A stretch of 64,000 nt of DNA from Octopus sinensis (GCF_006345805.1 NC_043005.1:93992001-94056000); one strand, 5' to 3'. Shown: positions 24,921 through 38,159, counted from the stretch's first letter. The notes: generated by a model not told the origin, from the letters alone. Made by a program: numbers and translations.

Positions 24921-24922
<2 letters not shown>
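23103..24922 (-). mobile_element. 5'-truncated Penelope-like element (Neptune-type linker) with CT-rich 3' UTR and pLTR
   Basis: Open frame YGRYIDD...FLD...[12 protein letters not shown]...[21 protein letters not shown]...GLN; decayed HHR-like motif at 23169-23204. Confidence 0.9.
23858..24922 (-). CDS. PLE RT (from YIDD) plus GIY-YIG endonuclease, ~355 uninterrupted codons, 5'-truncated
   Basis: ORF 23858..25033; its first ~36 residues are microsatellite read-through. Confidence 0.8.
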
Positions 24923-24974
<52 letters not shown>

Positions 24975-25068
24975 CATATACACATACATATACACATACA
25001 TATATATATACATACATACATATGCACATACATATATATAATATATATATATATTATATATATATATA

Positions 25069-25099
<31 letters not shown>

Positions 25100-25155
25100 C
25101 GCGGTAAGGCCGATACATATATATATACATATATATATATATATATTATATATAT

Positions 25156-25198
<43 letters not shown>

Positions 25199-25290
25199 AT
25201 ATATATACAAAGTCCTGGGGTCGATTTGCTCGACTAAAGGCGGTGCTCCAGCATGTCCAGTCAAATGAATGAAACAGAGAGTAAAAAGAG

Positions 25291-25324
<34 letters not shown>

Positions 25325-25339
25325 TATATATACATACAC

Positions 25340-26382
25340 ACACACACACATACATATCTAATTAACGAGGGAGAATTGGAGGGAGAAGCGTTTAGTGGAC
25401 GGGTAAAAAAATGATAAACAGGCGCCAATGGGTTCCATCGTCGTTAAGTAGCCTGATATTGTATTATCCTTGTAGAGATACTAAAACATATACTAGTATA
25501 GTATTTACTGAGTGTTATTACGTTGTGGGTAGGTCTGAGTAATAATTACAAGATTACTAGTAAAGTCCGAGATACAAGGTTTTAATATGGACATGTCTGG
25601 GTTAAAACGTTTTTTTTTTCAGATTAGTAGATTATAGTTGAAGGGGGGTAACTGTGTATTTCAATTAATTCTAGAGTATAATAAATTCCTGAGATGAAAT
25701 CAATTCTGGATATAAGTAGAAAGTGTTCATGTTTCGATACAGGTATTACTTAAGGAACGTAAACAACTATATGCTTCTTTGTAATTATATCAGGTAATTA
25801 AGTTGTATAATATTAATAGGGTTCATATGGGTTTATAGTTACAATGGGGGGTATACTGGCGCTTGCAGGGATGGTAGGATAGACTTATAGTGTTAATGTT
25901 TTGGATGTATTTTAATCCACCTAAGTGTACAAAGTGCTGTTAGTTATAAAAATCCAGTCACACGGGTGGTTTCTAATTGGTGCTTAAAGTTAGTGTTCAA
26001 ATTGAATGCATAGAGATTATTGTTAATAAGAGTATGGAGTAACATCCCAATGATAGATTGGAGTAACTGGATATTTATATCTCTTTCTATACAGTTCTAT
26101 ATTTAAGAGATGAGGAATTATGTACATTATTTACCTTGTTTACATCATTTACTATTGACGGATATTTGTCCTCATCTTGTTTGTTGTTAACACAACATTT
26201 CAGCTGGTATACCCTCCAGCCTTCATCAGGTGTCTTGGGGAAATTTTCGAATGAGAACCCAAGTTCGAAATTTCCCCAAGACTCCTGATGAAGGCTGGAG
26301 GGTATATCAGCTGAAATGTTGTGTTAACAACAAACAAGATGAGGACAAATATCCATCAATTGTAAATGATGTAAATAATGTA
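25340..26382 (-). mobile_element. Degraded PLE-like body with fold-back pLTR palindrome
   Basis: Arms 26123-26251 and 26264-26382 are inverted, each with an HHR motif; the left arm runs into an AT-rich, stop-riddled body. Confidence 0.5.
26190..26233 (-). ncRNA. Type I hammerhead motif (mirror copy on + at 26281-26324)
   Basis: ACAC-CTGATGA-A-GGCTGG-AGGGTATA-CCAGCT-GAAA-TG-TT-GTGT. Confidence 0.65.
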
Positions 26383-27244
26383 TATCTATATCTGTTTATA
26401 TCCACACACATATCCATATATATACAAGCCCTGTGCATGATCGTTGCCAGAGCAGCTATCTGGCCTCTGTGTCGGTGGCATGTAAAAAAACACCATTTGA
26501 GCGTGATCGTTACCAGCATCGCCTTACTGGCATCCGTGCCGGTGGCATGTGTAAAAGATTCGAGCGAGGTCGTTGCCAGTGCTGCCTGACTGGCACATAA
26601 AAGCACCCACTACACTCTCAGAGTGGTTGGCGTTTGGAAGGGCATCCAGCTGTAGAAACTCTGCCAGATCAAGATTGAAGCCTGGTGCAGCCATGTGGTT
26701 CGCCAGCCCTCAGTCACATGTCCAACCCATGCTAGCATGGAAAGTGGGCATTAAACGATGATGATGATAACACTAATCATGGTCGTTTAACATCCGTTTT
26801 CCATGCTGGCATGGGTTAGACGGTTCGACTGGAGTCTGGAAAGCCAGGAAGCTGCACCAGACACCAGTCTGATTTGGCAATGTTTCTACAGCTGGATGCC
26901 CTTCCTAACGCCAACCACTCCGAGAGTGTAGTGGGTGCTTTTTACGTGTCACCAGCACAGGGGCCAGAGGAGGCTGGCATTGGTCACATTCGGATGGTGC
27001 TTTTTACGTGCCACAGGCATGGGGACCACGACTACAATTTCCATTTGAACAGAAGAATCCTGTCTGTAAAACATTTGATAAATCTATTATAAACAGGATT
27101 CTAATGAGTTGACATTTAATTGGATCAATATAATGATACACCTCGAGTCTATAGATGCATATGTTATATAATGTAGCAATACTTTTGAGTTTGAATGCCA
27201 GTGAAACAACTGTAAATTGTGTAATCAAACAATCTGCTCACTCT

Positions 27245-28720
27245 ACTCTCCTTTGGGACACATAACTCTACTTGTGAAGACCTGTTGAGGCAAGTGAAAA
27301 TCAAAAATCAAAGAATCAAATCAAAATCTATGAACATCAATGGAATTTGTAGTTTTGTAGTACCAGTGCCGGTACTCCTCTATGCTGATGACCTGGCCCT
27401 CATAGCAGAATTACTACCGGAACTAGAAAAGAAATTTCATGTGTGGAAGCTAGCAAAGATCAAAGTAATAGTAAATAGGAAAGCGAACTGTTCACACACC
27501 CACTTAGGTAGGTGGCCCTGCTCGATCTGTAGAAAAGGTGTAGGTAGAAACTCCATAAGATGTACCCAGTGTAAGCTATTGACGCATAAGAGGTGCAGCA
27601 ACACCAAAGGAAAATTAACCGAGAAGATAGCTTTCATGTGCGGCAGATGCACAGGGGCAATAAACACCACAGATACTCAGAAAACAGATTCCATTACACT
27701 CCAGGGGGAGAAACTAGAAGTAGTTGATAGTTTCTGCTACCTAGGTGGCCAAGTTAGTAGTGGGGGTGGATGCTCAGAGAGTGTTACTACTAGAATAAGA
27801 ATAGCCTGGGCAAAGTTTAGAAAGTTTCTTCCCCTACTGGCGACAAAGGGTCTCTCGCTCAGAGTGAAAAGCAGATTGTATGATGCATGTGTACGAACTG
27901 CCATGCAACACGGCAGTGAAACATGGGCTGTGACTGTGGAGAACATGCATAGGGTTGAAAAAAATGAAGCTAGCATGATCCACTGGATGTGTAATGTCAG
28001 TGTCCATGCACAACAGAATGTAAGCGCCCTGAGAGAAATGCTGAACATAACAAGCATTGGATGTGGCATGCAGGAGAGACGTTTGTGTTGGTATGGTCAT
28101 AAACTATGGATGGATGAGGAGAGATGTGTGAAGAAGTGCCACTCCCAAACTGTTGAAGGAATCCAGGGTAGAGTTAGACTCAGGAAGACATGGGATGAGG
28201 TGGTCAAGCATGACCTTTGAACGTTGGGCCTCACAGAGGCTATGACGAAAGACCGAGACCTCTGGAGATATGCTGTGACTGGGAAGACCCAACAAATGAA
28301 GTGAGTTTATGGCTCTCAGGACGGCCTGCTGTGCTAACCTTGGATTGTAGGGTGACCTGCTGTGCTTGAGGAGACCTATTGAGTCATGTACATCAACATT
28401 AAAATAAAAATCAAATGGAAATTGTATTCGTGATACCCGTGCCAGTGGCACGTAAAAAGCACCATCCGAACGTGGCAATGCCAGTGCTGCCTTGACTGGC
28501 ATCCGTGCCGGTGGCACATAAAAAGTAGCTACTGATCGTAGCTGTTGCCAGTCTCCTGTGGCCCCTGATGGAGTGGTTGGTGTTAGGAAGGGCATCCAGC
28601 TGTAGAAACACTGCCAGATCAGACTGGAGCCTGGCGCAGCCTCCTGGCATCATAGACCCCAGTCGAACCGTCCAACCCATGCTAGCATGGAAAACGGACG
28701 TTAAATGATGATGATGATGA
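27245..28720 (+). mobile_element. RTE LINE 3' part from LLYADD to the (GAT)n tail, preceded by an RTE 3' UTR piece
   Basis: ORF 27285-28220: LLYADDLALIAE, Cys-rich insert, FCYLG, QHGSETW, LRKTWDEVV. Confidence 0.9.
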
Positions 28721-28971
28721 TATAGAGTGGCCCAAATGTAGTTTTACAGTTATTCAACTATCTCTTTCGTATTCATATATATTCATATACAGTTTAGATG
28801 TTAATTATAAAAAATATATGAAACCATTATTCTATGCTAATTTAGCTATTTGTAAGATAGAAATTTAAATGTAATAAAATGTTTTAAAAGACATTCATTT
28901 TAAAAGAAATTTAAAGTGCCTACATGATAACTGTAAACCTATATATATATACTATATATATATATCTATAT

Positions 28972-29046
<75 letters not shown>

Positions 29047-29190
29047 TCACCATCATCATCATCATCGTTTATATATATACATACTATATATATATATACA
29101 TATATATACATATATAATATACATATATATACTATATATATATATATACATACATATATATATACATATACATATATATACATATATATA

Positions 29191-29223
<33 letters not shown>

Positions 29224-29602
29224 CATACATACATATATATATACATATACATACATACATATATATATTATACATATATATACATACATATATATACATA
29301 TATATATATATACAATATATATATATATACATACTATATATATATACATATATATATACATATATATTATATATATATATATATACATACATACATATAT
29401 ATATACATATATACATACATACATATATAATATATACATATATACATACATACATATATATATATATACATAACTACTAACAATATAGGATGAAGTCCCT
29501 TTCTCTACAGAAAAGGAATCCATCAGGAAGCGTGGATAAATCAGTGTATTGGCTTTAGAATAACCCTCTTTAGCCTTAATTATATGATGTTTATATATAT
29601 AC

Positions 29603-29654
<52 letters not shown>

Positions 29655-29897
29655 ATACATATACATATATATATATTATATATATACATATATATATATA
29701 CATGAAGGGTATTGGCGTTAGGAAGGCATCCAGCCGTAGAAACACTGCCAGATTTGACTGGGCCTGATGAAGCCTTCTGGCTTCACAGACCCCAGTAGAC
29801 CGTCCACCCATGCTAGCATGGAAAACGGACGCTAAACGACGATGATGATATATATATACATATATATACATATATATATATACATATATATATATAC

Positions 29898-30026
<129 letters not shown>

Positions 30027-30695
30027 TATATATATATACCTATAATCGTATATTTGCATGTCTGTGAGTGTGTATGCTGATAGTTGTAAGGAAGTGTCAC
30101 CATCATACAAGTGGAGTCCATCTCCAACTTTTTATGAAAACATGTTTGACTGTAGGGACATATTGCCTTACTTGAAAACAGGAGAGGACTGGCGACACAG
30201 GAAGAGCGTTCGGCCATAATAAAATATGACTTGACAAAAATTTCACCTGACCTATGGAAAAGTGGATGTTAAGATGATGATGATGATATATAAATATATA
30301 TAAATTGACTTCTTGTTTTTATTTGCCTGTTATCCTACTCTCACATGGATCTTTCTATGTCAATCATTTAATATATTTAATTCGAGAATCACCTTTACAC
30401 TTAGATTATGTTACACCTTTGCATTCTCTCATAGTACACTGATTCTGTATCATTGATTGTGACTCTTTCTGTAACCCTTACACCTCCCTTATTCCTCCTC
30501 CTCCATACTGCCCTTTTTCTTACAGCCTCTCCTCCTCTTCCTATGGTTATGTCCCCTCACTGCTACTCACTTCCACTATTTTCCCATCTGAAACTTTCAC
30601 TGAGGATCAATCTGATATAGTCACTGTGTACATCTAATTGACTTCTTTTGTCTTTTTCCTGCTTTTATTTGCTCACACACATACATTTAAGTCAT

Positions 30696-30747
<52 letters not shown>

Positions 30748-31254
30748 ATATATATATATATGATAATAGTAGGGAATATAATTCCAAGCTTACAGGCAAA
30801 AAATTCAATTTTGCAATTCTAAATCAAATTTCACAATACATAATATATGTATATAATTAAGAGAAATAACCTCTATTAAGCAATTCAAAAGTGAAAGACA
30901 TTATCTATATTAAATAGAAAAAACTTAAATATACTATAATAAATATTATTTTAAAAAATCAACAAATTAAATTGACTATGCGCATTTCGTGACTATATCT
31001 TTAAATCGATAATAATAAAATTGATACTATTAAAATTAATTTAATTTAAAAATATAGCCACTCTCCAATTTAATGTTTATTTAATTTATTGATTTTTTTG
31101 AATAATATTTATTATAGCATATTTAATTATATACATATATATATATGATATATATATGCATATATATATATATTGAATGTTTACTGGCTGATGTTTGTCA
31201 ATTGTATATCCTCTCCATTTTCTTATTTGCCTTATATATATATATACACACACA

Positions 31255-31400
31255 TTTTTTTTCTCTCCTTGTTTTTTTCTGTGTCCCTTTCTGTAGAAGA
31301 GCGTAGGCTCAAAACGTAAAAGACGTTTTCAATTCCTGAGTGTTATACTAATACATCTGTTTGTTTTGTACACCACCTGTCTTCGTGTCTTTTGTTTTTT
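31255..31400 (+). mobile_element. Solo pLTR fragment of the 23103-23300 family with decayed HHR-like motif
   Basis: 31287-31322: CTTT-CTGTAGA-A-GAGC-GTAG-GCTC-AAAA-CG-TA-AAAG. Confidence 0.55.
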
Positions 31401-31828
31401 TCGTGAACTCTCCCTATATACACACACACACACATATATATATGTATATATATATATATATATATATACATACATATACACATATATATACATACACACA
31501 CACATATGTATATCTATATATCATCATCATCATCATCATTTATGATGATGATGATGATGATATGCTTTTAGTGCGAATGTTTTTTTTATATGATGCCATT
31601 TTTACAATCCTGTAAATACTAATAATGGCATTTTTATATAAGCTTGAATCTTGTGGCAATCACTGTGCAATGACTAAGGAAAATAGTGTAATAAAGGGGC
31701 ACATAAGCCCTCAGCAGACTTTATGAGACTATTTTCCTGAGTCATTGCACAGTGATCGCCATAAGATTCAAGCGTATATAAAAATACCAAGTATATATAT
31801 ATATATATATATATCTATATATATACAA

Positions 31829-31965
31829 CAAGCTTCTTTCAGTTTCTGTCTACCAAATCCACTCACAAGGCTTTGGTTGGCCTGAGGCTATAGTAGAAGA
31901 CATTTGCCCAAGGTGCCATGCCGTTAGACTGAACCCAGAACCATGAGGTTGGGAAGCAAGCTTCT
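31829..31965 (-). mobile_element. tRNA-derived SINE
   Basis: Minus: tRNA-like head with GGTTCAGTC B-box-like motif, then GGCACCTTGGGCAA core-like body. Confidence 0.7.
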
Positions 31966-32114
31966 TTATTTCATTACATTTGCCATAAAGGCATAATAGA
32001 AATGAAGCTTTGCAGGCTGGTCACAGACACAATGATGATGATGAAATGAAAAAAGAGATGGTTGATTGGGGAAGCAGCCAACGCTTGCCAATTGTTACTT
32101 CCCAATAACATTGT

Positions 32115-33420
32115 TCTTTTTTTTAAAAAACACAAATGAAGTGTCGATTCTCTTACAATAATTACAAATTGAGGCACTGAGCCTCTTATCAATCAAAAAA
32201 GTTCAGAAAATAGTCAACTTGAGGTCCTAAGCCTCTTACTAATCTCCAAGTTTGAATTGAGGTGCTAAGACCTCTTACTCTGCCTCCCTGATTAAGGCTC
32301 TTGCCACCTTCAGGCAATCCTGCAGTCGCAAGCCCGGGTCCCAAAAAAGATAATTATATTCTTCCTTAGTAAAGGAATCCATCACTCTGTAGAAGTAATT
32401 TTCCTCCATGACCTCCACCTGTGGAGGCCAATCCAAGATATCAATGCAGGTTAGGACCACCTGTTCCCGACCTTCAAGATTCCTCACGAAGTTCTCTACA
32501 GCCCCTCCCTTAAGAAAGATCACAAATTCCTCATTTATTACACTGAGAGGGGCCACAGTTTCCTCTGTCGGTGGCACAATTCCCACCGATGAGGTTTTTG
32601 GACATGCTGACAGTGTACTGCTAACCACTGGCACTGCCCCATTCTTTTTCTTCTTTTTTCTTGTCTTTGATACGGGAGGGGGTGGTTCCGTCACTTTAAC
32701 CAGAGGATCATCATTCCCTCCTGCAGCTTTAGGGTCCTTCGGTGAGCAACCACTGTTGCCCACCTTTTTCCTTTTTTTTTTCCGGGGAGGTCTCTACCTT
32801 CTCATCTATCTCCATCTCTCCCTCTGGAGGAGGAGTGGGTGGGGGGGTCTCTTGCACAACCAACTGTTCCAGGACCCTACTCTGGTCCTGGGGACAGTTC
32901 TTTTTGATGTGGCCCGGTTCCAGGCACAGGAGACACTTGGGGGGGGGGCGTCCCTCAAGAATCACTGGGAACCTGCAACCAGTCATTTTCAAAAAATCTG
33001 GAAAAACCAGATTCTTGGCTGATCGGGTCCACAGAGTCAAAACCGCTTTTGACCCAACCCAGTCAGCTGCCGGCAAAATTTTAACATTAAGCAGCTTGGA
33101 TCCACTGCCACCCAGACCCCGGCGGATAGTGTCTTCTATCCACTTAGGTTCTATCCTGGGTGACAACACGTAGACCCAAGCTCTTGTCAACTTCTTCCCA
33201 CCATATGTGGGAAGAAACAAAATCTCTTTGTCCTCTAAAGGCTGTCTCGCAAATTTGCAAGCCTCCTCAGGGGTGTCAAATAGCAACCACACCATTGCAT
33301 ATTTGATCCCCCTGGAGATGAATTTAATAGTTGGCGAATACTCTGCCAACTCTTTTTCAATTTGAGTCTTTTGAAAGAGGGCGATGGTGTCAAGCAACTT
33401 TGAAGGGTCATTGAATTTTT
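32115..33420 (-). mobile_element. L1/Tx1-type ORF1 (RRM-like plus CCHC knuckle) followed directly by a 3' UTR and A-tract
   Basis: ORF 32729-33397 contains CLLCLEPGHIKKNC (CX2CX4HX4C); continuation 32275-32763; no endonuclease or RT downstream. Confidence 0.7.
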
Positions 33421-34720
33421 GCAGATAGCAAATATGGACAAAGTCTCTTTGACATTTGAGGCACCATCAAACAAGGTGGTAGGATCCAAGAGTGCTAAAA
33501 TTGTGACTTAAAACATGCGGTCATGAAAAAACACACTACAGAGTTGTATTGGCATGTTGTGCTGATGGCACAAAACTGCCATCTTTTTTAGTTTTTAAAA
33601 GAAAGACAGTGCCTAAAGAAAGGACACTCAATATCATTTATGTTCATGTCCACCCAAAAGGCTGGATAGATGAGAAAGGAATGAAATTGTGACTTGATAA
33701 AGTGTGGTCCAGGTGCCCTGGTGGGTTTGTAGCAAGTATTGTTATGGCTAAATAATAATAAAAGGAACAGAGTTACGTCCCCTCATTCTGTTGTCGGTAG
33801 TTGGCACTTTGATGGTACTGTACTTCCAGCAGTCTTTGTGACGTAGCATTCCCGCTCTAAAGATATATAAACTCTAAATGGACAATTAGTCTCTCTTATC
33901 TTATTTTCGCGCGACTCTCACTGGCCTGAGCTCTTGACTCTTGGCTCTTGGAGCAGTTGGCTCACTTTGCTCTTAGGCTACCTCTCTTCTGTTCCAGCAG
34001 AAATCCCATAAGATGAACCTTTAACCATTAATGCCAACTGGCTTATTCTCCAGCCAACTACTGACCAACTCATTTTCACTAGCTACAAAACGACCACGTT
34101 CATACACCTTTTACTATTTCATTTGCATATTTTGTAAAAGCACAGTTATATAAAAACTTGTTATCTAAACTTTTGTCCCATCAACGTACATGCAGCTTAA
34201 CACAACACAAACAAGAAAACTGGACTCATGTTTGACTCTTCACTAAAGGTTATTAAAGAAACCTGCCTTATTAGTTTGGGACCAGTTTCAAGCTCAGAGA
34301 ACTGAGCTTGTTAAGGAGAAACTTGGAGAACTGAAGACCCAGTTAGCTGTAATTCCAGGAGGTCTAACCAGTTAGTTACAGCCTTTAGATGTTTCAATCA
34401 ATAAACCATTTAAAAACTTCAAGTGGGAGGGGGGAGCAAATGGATGCAGTCTTCAGATTTTGAATTGACACCAACAGGAAGAAGGAAGAGGCCTTCTATT
34501 ATTACACAAGTGTGTGAGTGGGTAAAAAGTTCGTGGAATGTTGTAAAAGAAGTGGTAGTTGTGAAATCATTAAAAAAAGTGTGGCATTAGTAATGCCTTT
34601 GATTGTACTGAGGATGATTTATTGTTTGAAGAAGATATTCATCAGCCAGATCCTATTGTAGAGAATTCTACTGACGAAGAGAGCACCGGTAATATGGATG
34701 GCAGCAGTGAGAATGAGTAA
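33421..34720 (+). mobile_element. pogo/Tigger-like DDE transposase remnant, interrupted
   Basis: IANMDK, VVLACCADGTKLP, KGWIDE, FDS, VIPGGLTS*LQPLDVSINKPFK, FKKCGISNA, acidic tail. Confidence 0.85.
33740..34206. mobile_element. Solo-LTR-like insertion inside the pogo remnant
   Basis: Starts TGTTA, ends TAACA/CAACA, internal TATATAAA; interrupts the transposase between PGGFV and KKTGLMFDS. Confidence 0.45.
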
Positions 34721-35716
34721 CTGTAACTATCTATAGGAATTCATCAGATTTTTTGTACTTTGCAGATTGGTTTCTACCAATTTTTATCAGTATATTTGCT
34801 TTTTGGTTTGCATGGAGCAAGATTCATCATCATCATCATCATCATCCTCATCGTTTAGCGTCCGTTTTCCATGCTAGCATGGGTTGGACGGTTCGACCGG
34901 GCTCTGGGAAGCCAGAAGGCTGCGCCAGGCTCCAGTCTGATCTGGCAGTGTTTCTACAGCTGGATGCCCTTCCTAACGCCAACCACTCTGTGAGTGTAGT
35001 GGGTGCTTTTTACGTGCCACCAGCACAGGTGCCAGGCGAGGCTGGCAATGGCCATGATCGGTTGTACATTTCTTTTTTGCTATGGCAAATTTAATTTAAG
35101 GTAAGTATAGAACTACTTATGATTCCATACTTTATTCCAGTATTCTGTCACAATGTTACACAGAATCAGACAATTTCCCCTACAAAACCACTTTAAAGAA
35201 TATTTCAATAAATGTATAATGAAACACTCAAATTGTATTTTTCTGCAAAATATCCTTGTAAAATAGAGGTGCAACCATTGCATAGGCAACTACGGTATGG
35301 CTAGAGGGCTGACTGTCAATGCCCTTCAACAACAAAACATCCTGATAAGCTAAGTGGCTACTATTAAATTTGGGCCACGACAGACAGGTAGGATGTTCTT
35401 GAAGCTGAGGATTTTAAACTGAGAGAGACGATATTTACATATCACCTGAGGAAACAAAACTAGATCTCATAATGCAGGGAAACAGCTGCATAACTAAGTA
35501 CCTCACACCTGGAGAACTGCTTTGCATTGAAACATTTGTAGTGATTAAAAAAAATGTCCAACCGTATTCCTTCTTGTTGACTTCAATTTCTTCGATTATC
35601 TATTCACACATGACAGAAGCCCAAATGCAAACCAGGAAGTACGTATAATACCACTACTGGATAGCACAGGGTAAAATCTGAACTCTACTATGTTCTTAAC
35701 AGAATATACCATATTA

Positions 35717-35950
35717 AGGTGGCGAGCTGGCAGAAACATTAGCATGCCGGGCAAAATGCTTAGTGGTATTTCATCTGCCGCTACGTTCTGAGTTCAAATT
35801 CTACCGAAGTTGACTTTGCCTTTCATCCTTTCGGGGTTGATAAATTAAGTACCAGTTACGCACTGGGGTTGATGTAATTGACTTAATCCCTTTGTCTGTC
35901 CTTGTTTGTCCCCTCTATGTTTAGCCCCTTGTGGGCGATAAAGAAATAAG
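35717..35950 (+). mobile_element. tRNA-derived SINE with conserved central domain (GCCTTTCATCCTTTCGGGG..GATAAA..AAGTACCAG)
   Basis: GAGTTCAAATT B box; related copies at 38835-39030, 44185-44245, 59835-59885, 62540-62735, 63385-63560. Confidence 0.75.
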
Positions 35951-35968
35951 AATATACTATAGCTATAT

Positions 35969-36118
35969 ATATCAAACATTTTAATTGAGTTAGAAAATAG
36001 AGATATCTAATGGATACAAATTGATTTATTAATTAATCAACATATGTTAATTAATTAATAAATTAATTTGTATCCATTAGATCTCTATGTTTTCTAACTT
36101 GATTAAAATGTTTGATAT
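35969..36118. repeat. 150-bp near-perfect spacerless palindrome
   Basis: Centre cat|atg at 36043/36044; the arms match with few mismatches. Confidence 0.85.
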
Positions 36119-36244
36119 TAGACGATATTCTACATAATATATTCATTGAAGAATTATCTCTTCAATATTTAATATATTAAACCAGTGTATCTATAAGAGG
36201 TTTAGATATCTTCGCTGTGACTATATATATTTATATATATATAA

Positions 36245-36530
36245 ATGAGCACTCTGTCAGTTACAACAACGAGCCTGCTCGTGAAATTAATGAGCAAGTG
36301 ACTGAGCAATCCACAGACATGCATACCCTTAAAGTAGTTCTCAGGGAGATTCAGCATGACACAGAGTGTGACAAGGTCAGCCCTCTGAAATACATGTACA
36401 ACTAATTTTTGCCAGCTGAGTGGAGTGGAGCAATATGAAAAAAAGTGTCTTGTTCAAGGACACAACGTGTCGCTGGGAATTGAACTCACGACCTTACAAT
36501 CGTGAGCCAAATGCCCTAACTATTAAGCCA
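36245..36530 (-). mobile_element. tRNA-derived SINE (family of 44455-44773)
   Basis: Shares gccagctgagtgga.tggagcaa...gtcttg.tcaaggacacaacg with 44455-44773. Confidence 0.75.
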
Positions 36531-36551
36531 ATATATATATATTTATATATA

Positions 36552-37431
36552 TGAGGTGGTATCAAAAAGTTGCAGGACAAGTTGTTATGTTTGATAAAAA
36601 CCAAAACTTATTTACCAAAGTTTTTAACATCATCTCTGTCCACCTTGCACAGCAATGCTGATCCCAGTATTTCTGCTACTTTTGGAATCCTGCTTAGAAG
36701 TTGTTTTCTGTAAGCAAGTTGAGGATCTTCTGCAATTCACTCTGGATCTCAACAATGGTGTTAAAATAGGGACCTTTGAGCTGCATTTTCATCTTGGGTA
36801 AGAGATGAAAGCCCACAGGGGCTAAATCAGGTGAACAGGGTTGATGTGGAAGTGATATCATGTTGTTTTTGGCAAGAAACTCAGTGACAGTGCATTGTTG
36901 TTGTGAAGAACCCAATTCTTTGCCCTCCACAGATTCAGTCGCTTTGATCAAATGTCCTTCCTCAAATGCTTCAAAACATTGCAGTAGAACTCTTGATTGA
37001 TGGTCCGGCCCTGGGGGATGAATTCTCTATGCACAATACCACATTTCCAGGGGTGATGCTTGTGGTAGGTCTCCCAGATCACTCATCATCATCCTGGGAA
37101 GTTCTTCCACTTTTGAAGTGCCACTCGAAACATTTCCTCGTTGCTGTAAGCTTACCAAAGCATGCGCAATGTCTCTGCAGCAGACTTCACAAGTTTAATG
37201 CAAAATTTCCTGTTGGTTCTTTGTTCCTGTCCATGACAAAAATCACAGACTACAGCATTCACATGTGATCACAAAGACACAAATTTCACAACTTGCAAAA
37301 TAAACACAGCAATGTCACTCAGCCCACTGCCTCCTGAAGGTCATTGCTAGCTGGCACTGTGCATGCAACCGTGTGCTGCCATCTGATGGCGCACTACAGA
37401 ACTAATCCGGGAATTTTTTGATACCACTTCA
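36552..37431 (-). mobile_element. mariner-type DNA transposon, internally deleted
   Basis: TIRs tgaggtggtatcaaaaagtt / aattttttgataccacttca flanked by TA; transposase remnant HQPCSPDLAPVGFHLLPKMK...LKG. Confidence 0.9.
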
Positions 37432-38093
37432 TATATAGTGAGAGAGAGAGAGAGATAAACACATGTAACACATACACACACACACATGCTGTTCACACAC
37501 AGAGATACAGATAAGAGGAAAAATTACATTTGAATCTCAGAAACATAAAGAAACAGAGATATAAAGAATGAGCGGGGGGGGGGGTAGGACATATTGCTAA
37601 AATATCTCAGCTGCCTTACTGGCAAAGCAGACATAGATAGGGGTCTATATAAATGCTTTTTAACAAACTATTGGTCTTATTTTACACAGGACATTTTTCA
37701 AAGTTTGTTATATAATCAAACAATGTTTTATTCACAAATAACTAATGAATAAAATACTGAATATTTCAATAAGTAAATGCTGTAAAGACGGATGTGTTTT
37801 GTAAATAGTGACCCACTTCTGACTATTTTTGAACTTCATATCTAAGCTGATAGTCTTGAAAAGAATGAACTTGAAATTTAGGGATGGGTATAAATAAATA
37901 GAATATACACATCTGCTTTTTGCTCCAGGCACAAGGCCAGTGTTTTTGAAGCAGAAGAGGGACATGGATGGCTGGATATGTTGAATTTTCTACATTATAT
38001 CCTCTGTTAACTATTTTATCAAAAACACTGGGGAGATGGAAATCAAGAGTTTTTAAGATGGTACTTAGTAAAAAAAAGATTAGTAGGTGGAAT

Positions 38094-38159
<66 letters not shown>

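Noticed and set aside
32169-32277. CRISPR-like repeat-spacer array
   Set aside because: Eukaryotic context, only three imperfect repeats, unequal spacers (30 and 18 bp), no cas genes.
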